This document shows, piece by piece, positions 30,496-40,704 of a stretch of 64,000 bases of DNA. How positions within the stretch are numbered: position 1 is the stretch's first letter; the number at the start of each line of letters is the position of its first letter. The stretch is from Thermodesulfobacteriota bacterium (GTDB lineage: Bacteria > Desulfobacterota_D > UBA1144 > Nemesobacterales > UBA2774). Where the stretch lies: assembly GCA_965223335.1 (NCBI GenBank), contig OZ244991.1, positions 992,001-1,056,000 on the forward strand. Direction: 5' to 3'. The position numbers and the translations under genes are program-made. The notes beneath the pieces are model-generated. The model was given only the letters and a program-made list of their open reading frames with translations. It was not told the DNA's origin and did not search any database.

Positions 30496-30972
30496 ATGGC
30501 TTCAAAGTTGAGAAACGAGATTGAGAGGAAGTTCCTCGTACCCGACACCCCGCCAAACCTGGGCGGTTATCCCAACAACCACATCCTTCAGGGCTACTTG
30601 GTGATCACAGACGAGGGTACAGAGGTTAGGGTGCGCCGCGTGGACAGCAAATACTATCAGACCATAAAGATGGGATTGGGATTAACCCGAACCGAGATCG
30701 AATTTGAGCTTAGCGCCGATCAGTTCAATGGGCTCTGGCACCTGACCGAGAATAAGAGATTGGAAAAAATCCGCTACGAGATCTCCCAGAACGACGATAC
30801 GATAGAGTTGGATGTGTACCTGGGCAAATTAAAAGGGCTTATTACAGCCGAGGTAGAGTTTGATAGTGAGGAAAGCTCCCGCGAGTTCCATATCCCCGAC
30901 TGGTTCGGTAAAGAGATTACCACGGACGAAAGCTACAAGAACAAATACCTAGCGACCCGGGGCCTTCCCTAG
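30496..30972 (+). CDS. CYTH-domain (triphosphate tunnel metalloenzyme) protein
   Basis: EIERKFLV, QGYL, VRVR, AEVEF, PDWFG and YKNKYLA motifs. Confidence 0.92.
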   Translation: MASKLRNEIERKFLVPDTPPNLGGYPNNHILQGYLVITDEGTEVRVRRVDSKYYQTIKMGLGLTRTEIEFELSADQFNGLWHLTENKRLEKIRYEISQNDDTIELDVYLGKLKGLITAEVEFDSEESSREFHIPDWFGKEITTDESYKNKYLATRGLP

Positions 30973-31040
30973 TACCACCTGCAAATATCACAAGCCGGAT
31001 ATAAAATACGTTTTCTCATTACACCGATGTGTCAGCACCC

Positions 31041-31400
31041 TTACTTTAAAAATTTCTCGATCTCTTCTGCGGGACGTGCGAGCACTGCATTATCACCCAT
31101 CTCTACTATAGGGCGCTCGATTAAATCTGGGTGTTTAACCATTAGATCGATAAGTTCAGCATCCGAGTAATCAGTATTAGCAATTTCTAGGTCTCTATAG
31201 ACCTGCTCTTTTTTTCTGAGGATATCGCGGGGCGCCATACCGAGCTTCTTAAGCAGGGCCTTTAGCCTCGATTTTGAGAGCGGCACCTCGTAATAATTCA
31301 CCGAGTCGTATTCGGTCTCTTTTTCTTTTAGTATTTTTAGAGTTTTTCTACAAGTGGTACATGTGGGTTTAATGTATATTTTAATTTTATTTTTAGCCAT
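31041..31400 (-). CDS. arsC: ArsC/Spx-family thioredoxin-fold protein
   Basis: PTCTTCRK, HPDLIERPIV and LARP motifs. Confidence 0.8.
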   Translation of the reverse strand: MAKNKIKIYIKPTCTTCRKTLKILKEKETEYDSVNYYEVPLSKSRLKALLKKLGMAPRDILRKKEQVYRDLEIANTDYSDAELIDLMVKHPDLIERPIVEMGDNAVLARPAEEIEKFLK

Positions 31401-31473
31401 GGCCGAGAATTATACCAGATAATTTATATCTAAAATAATCCAATACCTACGGTATGTAGGGGCTCTTATCATA

Positions 31474-31502
31474 TTGACATCAAATCGCTTATACAATATT
31501 AT
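31474..31502 (+). promoter_or_regulatory. Sigma70 promoter upstream of thiL
   Basis: TTGACA, 17 nt, TATTAT. Confidence 0.55.
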
Positions 31503-31642
31503 GAATAGTAGGACCGACAATGAAAGACGCCGACCCTCATTTGTGTAGTTCTACCAATAATCCTAAATCAACCAGCTTTTTTAACCTGCATTCATACGAC
31601 ATTATTCCTACGAAAAAGGGGTTGTTGTCACTCTAAGCCGCG

Positions 31643-32623
31643 ATGTTAAACGAGCTATCTGCTCTACGTAAAATAGAAGAGCACTTCAGCAATTCGTCCC
31701 ATAACGGGGTTGTGGTTGGGATTGGGGACGACACCGCTGCAATTAATATCGAGCCCGACACCGTGCTGCTCACAACCGTAGACACCCAGGTTGAGGGAGT
31801 GCACTTCAAAAGAGGGTTTATTACGCCCGAGCAGCTTGCAAGGAAATCTGTAGCAGTGTCCGTAAGTGATATTGCCGCTATGGGCGGGGTACCGAAGTAC
31901 ATACTGTCCACAGTGGGGTTTACAGAATTGGTGGACGAAGCGTATTTAGACCGATTACTCAAGGGCTACAGCACAGCCGAGAGCGAGTTCGGGGTTAGGC
32001 TCGTGGGAGGCAATCTCAGCAAATCACCCTGTCTATTTATAGACGTTACGGTTCTAGGCGAGATTGAGCCCCAGCATATAGTAAAACGCCTGGGAGCTAA
32101 AACAGGTGATGAAATATATGCAAGCGGCACGCTCGGCGACTCTGCACTCGGGTTACGAATGCTTTTAGAGAACGGGGAAAGAGATGAGTATCTGGTCGAG
32201 CGCTATACCAAACCCAATCCACGCGTCGAGTTAGGTCATATGTTGGCAACTCGCCATATCCCTACTGCCATGATAGACCTAAGCGACGGCCTTCTATTGG
32301 ATCTCGAACGCCTCACGGTTAATAACGGTTTAGGTGCTGAAATTAATCTAAATTCCATCCCGCTATCCCCCGAGTATAAAACACACATAGATAAATACTC
32401 CGACACCACATACGGCCCTGCAATCTCGGGGGGCGAGGACTACGAACTGCTCTTTGCGGCCCCCTCCGACAGGAGTCGTGATATCGAGGCCATTTCAGCC
32501 GACCTTGGAATTGGGATCACTCACATTGGGCACGTGACAGATGGAAACGAGTTGAGTGTTTTAGACCTAAGCGGCAACAAAATCGACACGGACATAAAGG
32601 GTTATGTCCACGCAACCGGATAA
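31643..32623 (+). CDS. thiL: Thiamine-monophosphate kinase
   Basis: GIGDDTA, EGVHF, SDIAAMGG, MIDLSDGL and GGEDYELLF motifs. Confidence 0.95.
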   Translation: MLNELSALRKIEEHFSNSSHNGVVVGIGDDTAAINIEPDTVLLTTVDTQVEGVHFKRGFITPEQLARKSVAVSVSDIAAMGGVPKYILSTVGFTELVDEAYLDRLLKGYSTAESEFGVRLVGGNLSKSPCLFIDVTVLGEIEPQHIVKRLGAKTGDEIYASGTLGDSALGLRMLLENGERDEYLVERYTKPNPRVELGHMLATRHIPTAMIDLSDGLLLDLERLTVNNGLGAEINLNSIPLSPEYKTHIDKYSDTTYGPAISGGEDYELLFAAPSDRSRDIEAISADLGIGITHIGHVTDGNELSVLDLSGNKIDTDIKGYVHATG

Positions 32624-33967
32624 ATGGAAAATTTTACATTTACATACAACCTGCTGCTGATTGTCTTGTTGCTTCTTCTGTCAGGATTCTTTTGTCTGGC
32701 AGAGGGATCTTTGTTTTCACTCGGCCGCCCACAGCTCGAGTATCTTAAGAAGAAGAACAGAAAAAGCTCTCAACTTATAGAGAAACTCTTAATAGAACCC
32801 TACAAACTGATCATCACAATACTATTTGCCGATGAGGTTGTGAACATCGCTTACTCGAGTGTAATCGGTCTAACTGTTAAAGGCCTGCTTGACACGTTCT
32901 CAGACGAGACGGTCACAATACTTTCCATTGCCATTGCATCACCCAGCCTCCTTTTACTGGGTGAGATCGGCCCCAAGACACTGGGTGTTAAATATCCCCG
33001 TATATTTGCCCGTGTGGTCTCCTACCCCTTACACTTTTTCCATGTTTTGATCACGCCGATCCGCTGGGTAATAATGGTCCTCTCAGGCGGGTTCACAAGG
33101 ATTCTAGGTGGGAAAATCGAGTATGAGCAAACAGCCAAGCTCTCTGCAGAAGAGGTAAAGGCGTTGGTGGGGATAGGCAGCGAAGAGGGGGTTATTACGG
33201 ATATAGAGAAAAAGCTAGTCGGCAGCCTGTTTAAGCTCGAGGAGGTCCCGGCCCACCGCATAATGGTCCCAAGCATCGAGTGTTTTCTCCTCTCCGATAC
33301 AACCACACCCAAAGACGCTTTGTATGCAGTGAAAAAGAGAGGGTTCTCGCGCACCCCCGTATACCATCGCGACAAGGATAATATTGTGGGCATACTCTAC
33401 GCCAAGGATCTGCTTAACTCCCAGCTCTCGGAATACTCTTCCATAAAAGAACTACTCAAACCCCCTTATTTTATTCCCCGTACCAAGATGGCGTTTGATC
33501 TGCTAAAGGAGTTCCAGCAGCACCGCCGCCATATATCGATAGTGGTGGATGAGTACGGACGTGTTGACGGCCTGGTAACAATGGAGGATATACTCGAGGA
33601 ACTCTTTGGTGAGATAGAGGACGAGCGTCGGGTGATCAAGAAATCCGAGGTCCGCTGGGAGGACGAGGCATTAATCATCCCCGGCAGCATGAAGATCGAT
33701 GAATTTAATAGCACCTATCTGTTTACGGTGCTTAGGTCAGGCGGGCTGGAAAACCTGGGCCGGGATCTCGAGGAGTCGGTTTTACCCTCCGAGGAAGACC
33801 ACGAGACGGTTGCGGGTTTCATATTCGACCTATTCGGCCGGTTCCCCACAGAGGGCGAAACGGTGTCCTACGGCAGCTTGGAGTTCTATGTAAACGGTGT
33901 GTCGGGTAAACGCATCACAGAGATCAAAATACAGAGGTACGAAAGAGAGGTAGCAGATGTCGCTTGA
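32624..33967 (+). CDS. CNNM/CorB (hemolysin-family) transporter: DUF21-CBS-CorC
   Basis: LSGFF..AE, GEIGPK, FSRTPVY and VVDEYG..GLVTMEDILEEL.GEIEDE. Confidence 0.9.
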   Translation: MENFTFTYNLLLIVLLLLLSGFFCLAEGSLFSLGRPQLEYLKKKNRKSSQLIEKLLIEPYKLIITILFADEVVNIAYSSVIGLTVKGLLDTFSDETVTILSIAIASPSLLLLGEIGPKTLGVKYPRIFARVVSYPLHFFHVLITPIRWVIMVLSGGFTRILGGKIEYEQTAKLSAEEVKALVGIGSEEGVITDIEKKLVGSLFKLEEVPAHRIMVPSIECFLLSDTTTPKDALYAVKKRGFSRTPVYHRDKDNIVGILYAKDLLNSQLSEYSSIKELLKPPYFIPRTKMAFDLLKEFQQHRRHISIVVDEYGRVDGLVTMEDILEELFGEIEDERRVIKKSEVRWEDEALIIPGSMKIDEFNSTYLFTVLRSGGLENLGRDLEESVLPSEEDHETVAGFIFDLFGRFPTEGETVSYGSLEFYVNGVSGKRITEIKIQRYEREVADVA

Positions 33968-35192
33968 GGTAGTAATTGCAATCATTTTAATATCGCTTGC
34001 GCTCCAGGCATTTTTTGCCGGGTCCGAGATCGCTCTAATATCGTGCGATAAGGTCAAGATGCGCGCGTTAGCCGAGGGGGGCTCAAATAGCGCCAAACTG
34101 GTGCTGAGCGCATTCGGTCAGGTAGAGCGTTTTTTGAGTACGAGCCTCTTGGGCATAAACCTCTCGCTTATCACAAGCACCATCGTCCTTACTTTTTATA
34201 TTCAAGAGAAATACGGCACCGGAAGCGAGCTCTACACGGTGCTTATCCTTAGCCCGCTTATAATTATCTTTGGTCAGGTCGTACCCAAGTCCGTGTTCCA
34301 GAAAAAGCGCAACACCATAATTCTCTGGGCAATCTACCCGCTTTGGATTGCTTCCAAGATCTTCACCCCAATCCTCGTGTTTGTGGATATTTTTACCAAG
34401 AAACTACTCACTCTCATAGGGAGCACGGAAAACACTTTTATCACCAGGGAAGAGCTTATAGATGTCATAGAGGGTGACAAGAGTAAACCTACCTATGACT
34501 ATAAGGAACGAATTATTAAACGAATATTCAGGTTCTCTGAAACTTCGGTTGATGAGATAATGATCCCACTTATTCATGTGAGTGCACTTAGTGAAGACGC
34601 CCCGGTTAAAGAGGCCATCAAGATGATAAAGGACACAGGCCACTCACGCATCCCGATTTTCTCTGAGCGCGTGGACAACATTACCGGCATGCTGCATTCG
34701 TTTTATCTCCTGGGGGCCGATGAACACAGCACTGTAAAACAGTATGCTAAGACACCGTTTTATGTCCCCGAGTCAAAACCCGTCGACGAATTGCTCGACG
34801 AGATGAAAGAGGGCAAGGCGGGGATGGCTGTAGTGGTAGACGAGTACGGAGGGGCCGTGGGTGCTATCACGCTTGAGGATATATTAGAGGAGGTCGTAGG
34901 AGAGATTGAGGACGAGTACGACAAGGGCACAAAACTCTGGAGGAAAAAGAGCGAGGGCGAGTACTTGGTGAATCCCAAGATCGAGATAGATATGATAAAC
35001 GACGACCTAGGTCTAGATATACCCGAGAGCGACGACTACGAAACACTGGGGGGATTTTTATTGACCGAGATGGGCTCAATTCCTAAGATCGGCGATAAAA
35101 CCAAACACAAAAATATAACATTTACAATTACCAAGGCTACAACCCGCTCGATTGACGAGGTAAAATTAAGGACTTCTAAAAAGAAAAAATAG
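33957..35192 (+). CDS. Second CNNM/CorB (hemolysin-family) transporter
   Basis: FFAGSEIA, GQVVPK, HSRIPI, VVDEYGG..EDILEEVVGEIEDE and YETLGG. Confidence 0.9.
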   Translation: MSLEVVIAIILISLALQAFFAGSEIALISCDKVKMRALAEGGSNSAKLVLSAFGQVERFLSTSLLGINLSLITSTIVLTFYIQEKYGTGSELYTVLILSPLIIIFGQVVPKSVFQKKRNTIILWAIYPLWIASKIFTPILVFVDIFTKKLLTLIGSTENTFITREELIDVIEGDKSKPTYDYKERIIKRIFRFSETSVDEIMIPLIHVSALSEDAPVKEAIKMIKDTGHSRIPIFSERVDNITGMLHSFYLLGADEHSTVKQYAKTPFYVPESKPVDELLDEMKEGKAGMAVVVDEYGGAVGAITLEDILEEVVGEIEDEYDKGTKLWRKKSEGEYLVNPKIEIDMINDDLGLDIPESDDYETLGGFLLTEMGSIPKIGDKTKHKNITFTITKATTRSIDEVKLRTSKKKK

Positions 35193-35233
35193 TCTGCAAT
35201 CTATCCTATTAACCAGAATGATTTTTCTTGGTT

Positions 35234-35662
35234 TTAGTGTGCATCGTTTAAAAAATCTATAATCTCCCTTTCTTTTTCCCTCATCCGTTCCCGCTCACTT
35301 TTCTTTTTATGATCGTATCCCAGCAGGTGCAAAATTCCGTGAACCAACAGTTGTTTAATCTCCTGCTCGAGTGTTAAGTCGTAGTGCTCCGAGTGGCGAG
35401 TGGCAGTGTCAAGTGAGATCACTATATCGCCCAAAAGTTTTAGCCCAGGGTCCTGCGGGAAAGACAGTACATCTGTGGTTTTGTTTATACCTCTATAATC
35501 GGAGTTTAGTCTTCTCATTTCGCTATCGTCTGTGAACAGCACCGATAGCTCCATATCGCTGGGTTGGCCCAGCTTGCGCAGCACGAGCCTTATACTCTTT
35601 TTTATGTTTTGTATTTGAGGTTTGTCTAATCGAGCGGTCGAGTCCGCCACTATCACAGGCAC
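35234..35662 (-). CDS. ybeY: rRNA maturation endoribonuclease YbeY
   Basis: TDVLSFP, LGDIVIS and HGILHLLGYDH motifs. Confidence 0.95.
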   Translation of the reverse strand: MPVIVADSTARLDKPQIQNIKKSIRLVLRKLGQPSDMELSVLFTDDSEMRRLNSDYRGINKTTDVLSFPQDPGLKLLGDIVISLDTATRHSEHYDLTLEQEIKQLLVHGILHLLGYDHKKKSERERMREKEREIIDFLNDAH

Positions 35663-35765
35663 ATTACTATTTTACTCGCAGTTATGCTGCTCACAAATTT
35701 GCGCTTCACAATGAGTGTTGTTGGATAGTGCACTAAATTCAGATAAGATTCTTATCCGAACCACC

Positions 35766-36356
35766 ATGGCCAATAGAACTGCTAAGTACAATAGGAAAAC
35801 TACCGAGGTCAACGTATCTGTCGAGATCAATCTCGACGGCCGGGGGGATTTCGATATTAATACTGGGATCCCGTTTTTCGATCATATGTTGGCCCAGTTT
35901 GCTAAGCACGGCTATTTCGACCTCACCATAAATGCTGTTGGCGATATAGACATTGATTTCCACCACACGGTAGAGGACGTGGGCATAGCACTCGGCGAAG
36001 CAATTCTCGAGGCTCTCGGAGATAAAAAGGGTATTACCAGGTTCGGTGAGGCGTTTGTACCTTTCGACGAGGCGCTGGCACTTGTGTGTATAGATCTAAG
36101 CGGCCGGCCGCACTTCGTTTATAACGCCGAGTTCCCCAAGGGCAAGGTAGGTGAGTTCGACGTCGAGCTCAGTGAAGAGTTTTTCAAGTCTTTCACCAAT
36201 GCACTAAGGTGTAATCTGCATATCGATCTTAGGTACGGGGACAACATGCACCACAACATAGAGGCGATATTCAAGGCCATGGGCAGGGCGCTTGATAAGG
36301 CCACTATGGTTGACCCCCGATCCAATACCATTCCATCCACCAAAGGAAAGCTCTAG
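35766..36356 (+). CDS. hisB: Imidazoleglycerol-phosphate dehydratase
   Basis: TGIPFFDHML, DFHHTVED, NMHHNIEAIFKA and IPSTKG; ATG 35766 chosen as start. Confidence 0.96.
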   Translation: MANRTAKYNRKTTEVNVSVEINLDGRGDFDINTGIPFFDHMLAQFAKHGYFDLTINAVGDIDIDFHHTVEDVGIALGEAILEALGDKKGITRFGEAFVPFDEALALVCIDLSGRPHFVYNAEFPKGKVGEFDVELSEEFFKSFTNALRCNLHIDLRYGDNMHHNIEAIFKAMGRALDKATMVDPRSNTIPSTKGKL

Positions 36357-36359
36357 AGT

Positions 36360-36998
36360 ATGATAGTCATAGTTGACTACGGCATGGGCAATCTAAGGAG
36401 TGTATCCAAGGCGTTCCAGAGCCAGGGTTTTAATGTAGAGGTAACAAATGACAGCAGCAGAATACTCGGGGCCTCGGGCCTTGTGCTCCCCGGGGTCGGT
36501 GCGTTTGGGGATTGTGTGAAGCACTTAGACGAGCTCAACCTCACCCGACCGATAAAGGAGTATATTGCCTCCGAAAGACCGTTTTTGGGGATATGCCTCG
36601 GGCTTCAGGTGCTGTTCGAGGGCAGCGATGAATCCCCCGACACTCGGGGACTCGGGATATTTAAGGGTCATGTAAAAAGATTTCCCGATTTTAAGGCCCA
36701 GGGGCTTAAGGTTCCACACATGGGATGGAACACCGTCACCATGAAACGAGATGTGCCGATACTAGACGGCATACCCGAAGACAGCTGGTTCTATTTTGTC
36801 CACTCCTTCTACATTGAGCCGGCCGATCAGAAGCTTGGAGTAGTGAGCTGCACCTATGGTATTGAGTTCACCGCAGCTATACAAAAAGATAATCTATTCG
36901 CTTGTCAGTTCCACCCCGAGAAGAGCAGCGAGCTCGGGCTTAGGATTCTAAGGAACTTTGCGTCTTTGTGCGGCGAAAAAATCACAGCCACCGCCTAA
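36360..36998 (+). CDS. hisH: Imidazole glycerol phosphate synthase glutaminase subunit
   Basis: DYGMGNLRSV, PGVGAF, GICLG, VPHMGWN and QFHPEKS. Confidence 0.96.
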   Translation: MIVIVDYGMGNLRSVSKAFQSQGFNVEVTNDSSRILGASGLVLPGVGAFGDCVKHLDELNLTRPIKEYIASERPFLGICLGLQVLFEGSDESPDTRGLGIFKGHVKRFPDFKAQGLKVPHMGWNTVTMKRDVPILDGIPEDSWFYFVHSFYIEPADQKLGVVSCTYGIEFTAAIQKDNLFACQFHPEKSSELGLRILRNFASLCGEKITATA

Positions 36999-39055
36999 TT
37001 TATCTGCTCTATATCTTTTGATGCTGGGTCTACATACCCACCCGCGTTCGCTCCGTATATAGCTTTATAAGCCCCATAGCTCCTGAGTATTCTTCTAATA
37101 TAGTTTCTTGTCTCGCGAAACGGTATCTCTTCTATGAACTCGTCTTTGGGCAGCCCGTAAAACCTGGCCTTCCATTTAGCAGCCCTGTGGGGCCCGGCAT
37201 TATAGCTCGCCAGCGCCAGCTCTACATCACCCCCAAACTCATCCATGACCTGCTTCAGGTAAAAAATACCCATCTGAATATTCACCTTTGGAATTGTGAG
37301 CATCTCGGTACTAAAGTTGCTCATTCCGATCTGCCTCGCCACTGCCCTTGCCGTGGGAGGTATCAACTGCATTAAACCCACGGCGTTCGCAGGTGACCTC
37401 ACCTCTTTTTGGAACCTGCTTTCCTCCCTTATTACAGAGTATACAAGCAGCTCGTCAACACCATACTGACGGGCATAGGTGCTGACAATGTCTTGGTATC
37501 CCTTCGGGAACGACAGGCTGTTGGCATTCGGAAGCCCGATACCCTGTGCTATCTTGATTGAGTTATAGAAGTCATCCACTTGCGCATAGAGCAGACTCAC
37601 CGTCAGGTTGTCATCGGTTGTTTGCGCTTCCTCCTGCATCTTCTCGATCTCTACATTGGCGTCCTCAAGCATACCGAGCTGGATCAACAGGTCGGCTTTT
37701 TGTTTTCGAGTGCTGGTGGCGGAGCTCGTAGACAAGAGCTCTGGCCTGGCACGGGGATAATTAGGAGCAATGCCCGTTTTCTTCTGAGCCATATAGGAAT
37801 GGTAGGTCGGGGTACTGGACATTGCCAGGTCTCTATACACTGCGTTTGCCTCCTGTGTGTTGCCTTGCTTTTCCAGCGTGCGCGCCTTCCAGTACTTTGC
37901 GTTAGAGGAGTTATAGGAAGAGGTAGACTCGGTAAACGCCGAGAAAGTGCCGTGTGCCTCCCTCAACATCCCCCTCTTGTAATAGATCATACCCAGATTC
38001 CAGGCCCCGTCTTCGGCGTACTCGTTGCGTGGGTACTGGCGGATCAATTCATCATATAAATTGATAGCTTTTTGCGTGTTGTTATTTATCTGGTAGAGCC
38101 TGGCCGCGTTGTACATACCCTCGGGGGCAAGCGGGCTTTGTGGATAGAGCAGGTGGATTTTATAGTAGGTATTTGAAGCCTCGGTGTCGAGCCCCTGCTT
38201 ACTCATTACCTTGGCCTGCCAAAATATCGATTTTGGTGAGTTTACGGTGCGCAGCACGCTGAGAGCTTCGTTTAACCGGCCCGAGTTCACCATTGCTATT
38301 CCCATATTGGTAGTGGTTTCAGCAGATTTTGCAGGTACGTTTTGGTAGCTTGTCACAGCCTGGCCCCAAACTGCTTTTTTAAATAGATTATCCCCGCGTT
38401 TTAGGTAATCCTGCGAGGTTATCTGGAGTGGCAGGCCATGCATCTCGCTTAAAAGTTTTGCCTTTTCAATTGCCTCCTTTGCAGGCTTTGTGTATCCGTA
38501 CTCGACCCATACTCTTTTGTATATGTCTATTGCGCTAGTGTAGTTACCCATCTTCTCGTAGGTCTCGCCCAGGTTAAATAATATATTTGTTTTCTTTTTT
38601 GCTTTTACTTCGTCTGCGTAGAGTGATTTGTATATCGATATTGCATTGGTGTAGTCCCCGTTCTGCGTGTATATGTTTCCCAGACGCTCTAGTGTTTTTC
38701 TTTTGAGCGCGGTGTCGGGATACTCGGTCAACACACGGTTAAATGCGGCACTGGCTTTAGCCCAGTCCCCCAGGTTTTCATAGCCAGCGGCCTTATAGTA
38801 GAGCACATAGTCCGCCAGGATTGGTATGTTTTGCTCAAGTCCGTTTAGTGTGCTTGCACCCTGGCCAAACTGTCCTAGCTTCACAAGGCAATAGCCCACC
38901 TTGAACCTATCATTCGGGTTATTCGTTTGAGTTCTGTATATCTCGCTCTGGCAGTTAATACGAGCTTCAGAGTGTTCAACGGATAAAATTATGGAAACGA
39001 GTCCGACAAACAAACATATAGTAGTTCTTAATGATAGACATGATGCGAATTTCAT
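36995..39055 (-). CDS. TPR-repeat soluble lytic murein transglycosylase (Slt-type)
   Basis: Signal peptide, TPRs; IREESRF, AVGLMQL, ASYNAG and ETRNY. Confidence 0.92.
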   Translation of the reverse strand: MKFASCLSLRTTICLFVGLVSIILSVEHSEARINCQSEIYRTQTNNPNDRFKVGYCLVKLGQFGQGASTLNGLEQNIPILADYVLYYKAAGYENLGDWAKASAAFNRVLTEYPDTALKRKTLERLGNIYTQNGDYTNAISIYKSLYADEVKAKKKTNILFNLGETYEKMGNYTSAIDIYKRVWVEYGYTKPAKEAIEKAKLLSEMHGLPLQITSQDYLKRGDNLFKKAVWGQAVTSYQNVPAKSAETTTNMGIAMVNSGRLNEALSVLRTVNSPKSIFWQAKVMSKQGLDTEASNTYYKIHLLYPQSPLAPEGMYNAARLYQINNNTQKAINLYDELIRQYPRNEYAEDGAWNLGMIYYKRGMLREAHGTFSAFTESTSSYNSSNAKYWKARTLEKQGNTQEANAVYRDLAMSSTPTYHSYMAQKKTGIAPNYPRARPELLSTSSATSTRKQKADLLIQLGMLEDANVEIEKMQEEAQTTDDNLTVSLLYAQVDDFYNSIKIAQGIGLPNANSLSFPKGYQDIVSTYARQYGVDELLVYSVIREESRFQKEVRSPANAVGLMQLIPPTARAVARQIGMSNFSTEMLTIPKVNIQMGIFYLKQVMDEFGGDVELALASYNAGPHRAAKWKARFYGLPKDEFIEEIPFRETRNYIRRILRSYGAYKAIYGANAGGYVDPASKDIEQIN

Positions 39056-39056
39056 A

Positions 39057-39872
39057 CTATAGCCTCCCTTGTCTCTGAGGGTCCAATGCGTCCCTTAACC
39101 CCTCACCAAATAGATTAAATGAAAAAGCTGTAATGAATATAGCTAAACTTGGGAAAACAATAAGATGGGGAAATGTTCTCATTCCCTGCCACCCAGTGCT
39201 CGCAAGCGTTCCCCAGCTCGATTCCGGCGGTGCAATACCCAGTCCTAAAAAGCTCAGTGTGGACTCTGCGAGTATCGCATAGGGCACGGAAAAAGTAAGT
39301 GTAATTATAATGGGGCTAAGTATGTTGGGGATAATATGCACGCCAAGAACTCTATAAGGCGATGCGCCCAACCCTTTAGCGGATTGTACATATTCAGCGT
39401 CTTTAAGCTGTAGAACACTCCCTCGTACAATTCGCGCTACCCTCATCCAAGCGGTTAACCCCAGTGCCAGTACAATACCCAACACCCCCCTCCCGATTAC
39501 GAGTGTTATGAGCACTATAAGCAAGAGATCGGGCAAAGAATAAAACACATCCACTATACGCATCATAAGCTCATCGGGCTTCCCACCCAAGTATCCCGAT
39601 ACTGCACCGTAAACTGTACCGATCAAGAGTGCTATGAGTGCAGTCCCCAATGCTACGGCAATAGATACCCTGGATCCGTAAATCACCCTGCTCAGCAGAT
39701 CTCTGCCCTCTTGGTCGGTGCCCATCAGGTTTTTGCTCGTAGGTGTGCTCAGAGTGTTGGAAAAATCGGTTTTATCATACTCATACGGTGCTATAATAGG
39801 GGCCGCAACGGCTATTAAAATTATGCATATTATGATAATCGATGTAGCGATGAGTTGGATTTTCAGTATCAA
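39057..39872 (-). CDS. Peptide ABC transporter permease (DppC/OppC family)
   Basis: GTDQEGRDLLSRVIYGSRVS, EAA-like YVQSAKGLGA and LSFLGLG..PP..SWG. Confidence 0.92.
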   Translation of the reverse strand: MILKIQLIATSIIIICIILIAVAAPIIAPYEYDKTDFSNTLSTPTSKNLMGTDQEGRDLLSRVIYGSRVSIAVALGTALIALLIGTVYGAVSGYLGGKPDELMMRIVDVFYSLPDLLLIVLITLVIGRGVLGIVLALGLTAWMRVARIVRGSVLQLKDAEYVQSAKGLGASPYRVLGVHIIPNILSPIIITLTFSVPYAILAESTLSFLGLGIAPPESSWGTLASTGWQGMRTFPHLIVFPSLAIFITAFSFNLFGEGLRDALDPQRQGRL

Positions 39873-39952
39873 TGTTATTCTATTTCAACTGCATATATTG
39901 TTATAAAGTTGTCGATACAGATTAAAAACTCAAGATACTTATTCCTAAACGC

Positions 39953-40330
39953 TCAAAACCCTGCCTTTCCCTCTTGGTCTTTGTAATAAGTAGCTGATAC
40001 TACGGTTTTGATTCCGCCCCTGACATTAAAGTCGCCCTTTACCTGGGCTCTAATCGGTTTCGAGACCTCTACGATATCATCCAGTATTTTGTTGGTCACG
40101 TGCTCGTGAAACTCCCCCTTGTCCCTATACGAGTACATATATAGTTTTAGGGATTTAAGCTCGATGCACAGGATATCCGGTACGTAAGTTATGTGTATAG
40201 TGGCAAAATCGGGCTGGCCGGTTTTGGGGCATACACATGTAAATTCAGGGCAGCTTATAGCGATCTCATACTCCCTGCCGGGGTACTGGTTCTCAAAAGT
40301 TTCTAGGATTTCGGTCTGTGAATCGCCCAT
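39953..40330 (-). CDS. queF: NADPH-dependent preQ0 reductase
   Basis: [27 protein letters not shown] and FNVRGG. Confidence 0.95.
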   Translation of the reverse strand: MGDSQTEILETFENQYPGREYEIAISCPEFTCVCPKTGQPDFATIHITYVPDILCIELKSLKLYMYSYRDKGEFHEHVTNKILDDIVEVSKPIRAQVKGDFNVRGGIKTVVSATYYKDQEGKAGF

Positions 40331-40489
40331 GGTTTAGTATAAAAGTGTAACCATTAAACTCATGGTAGACTAGGGAAACATTGGACGAAAATTAAGAATT
40401 TGCGCTACTCAATCAATAAAATAGACAAATGTGTTAGGCAGTTGAACTTGACTGCACAGGGTTTATTATAAATACTAAAATCCTTCTTC

Positions 40490-40560
40490 TGGGGCATAGT
40501 ATAATGGCAGTACGACGGACTCTGGATCCGTAAGTCTAGGTTCGAATCCTAGTGCCCCAG
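40490..40560 (+). tRNA. tRNA-Gln (CTG), CCA not encoded
   Basis: Acceptor stem TGGGGCA/TGCCCCA, anticodon arm ACGGA-CTCTGGA-TCCGT, GGTTCGAATCC T-loop; followed by CAA. Confidence 0.95.
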
Positions 40561-40704
40561 CAAATAATCTTTCATTAATTTTTCAACTCGAAATCACGCT
40601 TACGTTCTAGACACTTCACTGAAATTTGTTATCTGTTTTTACTAAGATTAGTAAATTAAAACAATCTTGATTATTGTTTACATCAATTAGAGGGGAATAA
40701 TACC

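Noticed and set aside
31503..31642. TPP riboswitch in the 140-nt thiL leader
   Set aside because: The conserved CTGAGA core is absent.
32624..35192. Tandem CNNM/CorB paralogs as a novelty
   Set aside because: Tandem pairs of this family are a familiar arrangement; nothing unusual was seen.
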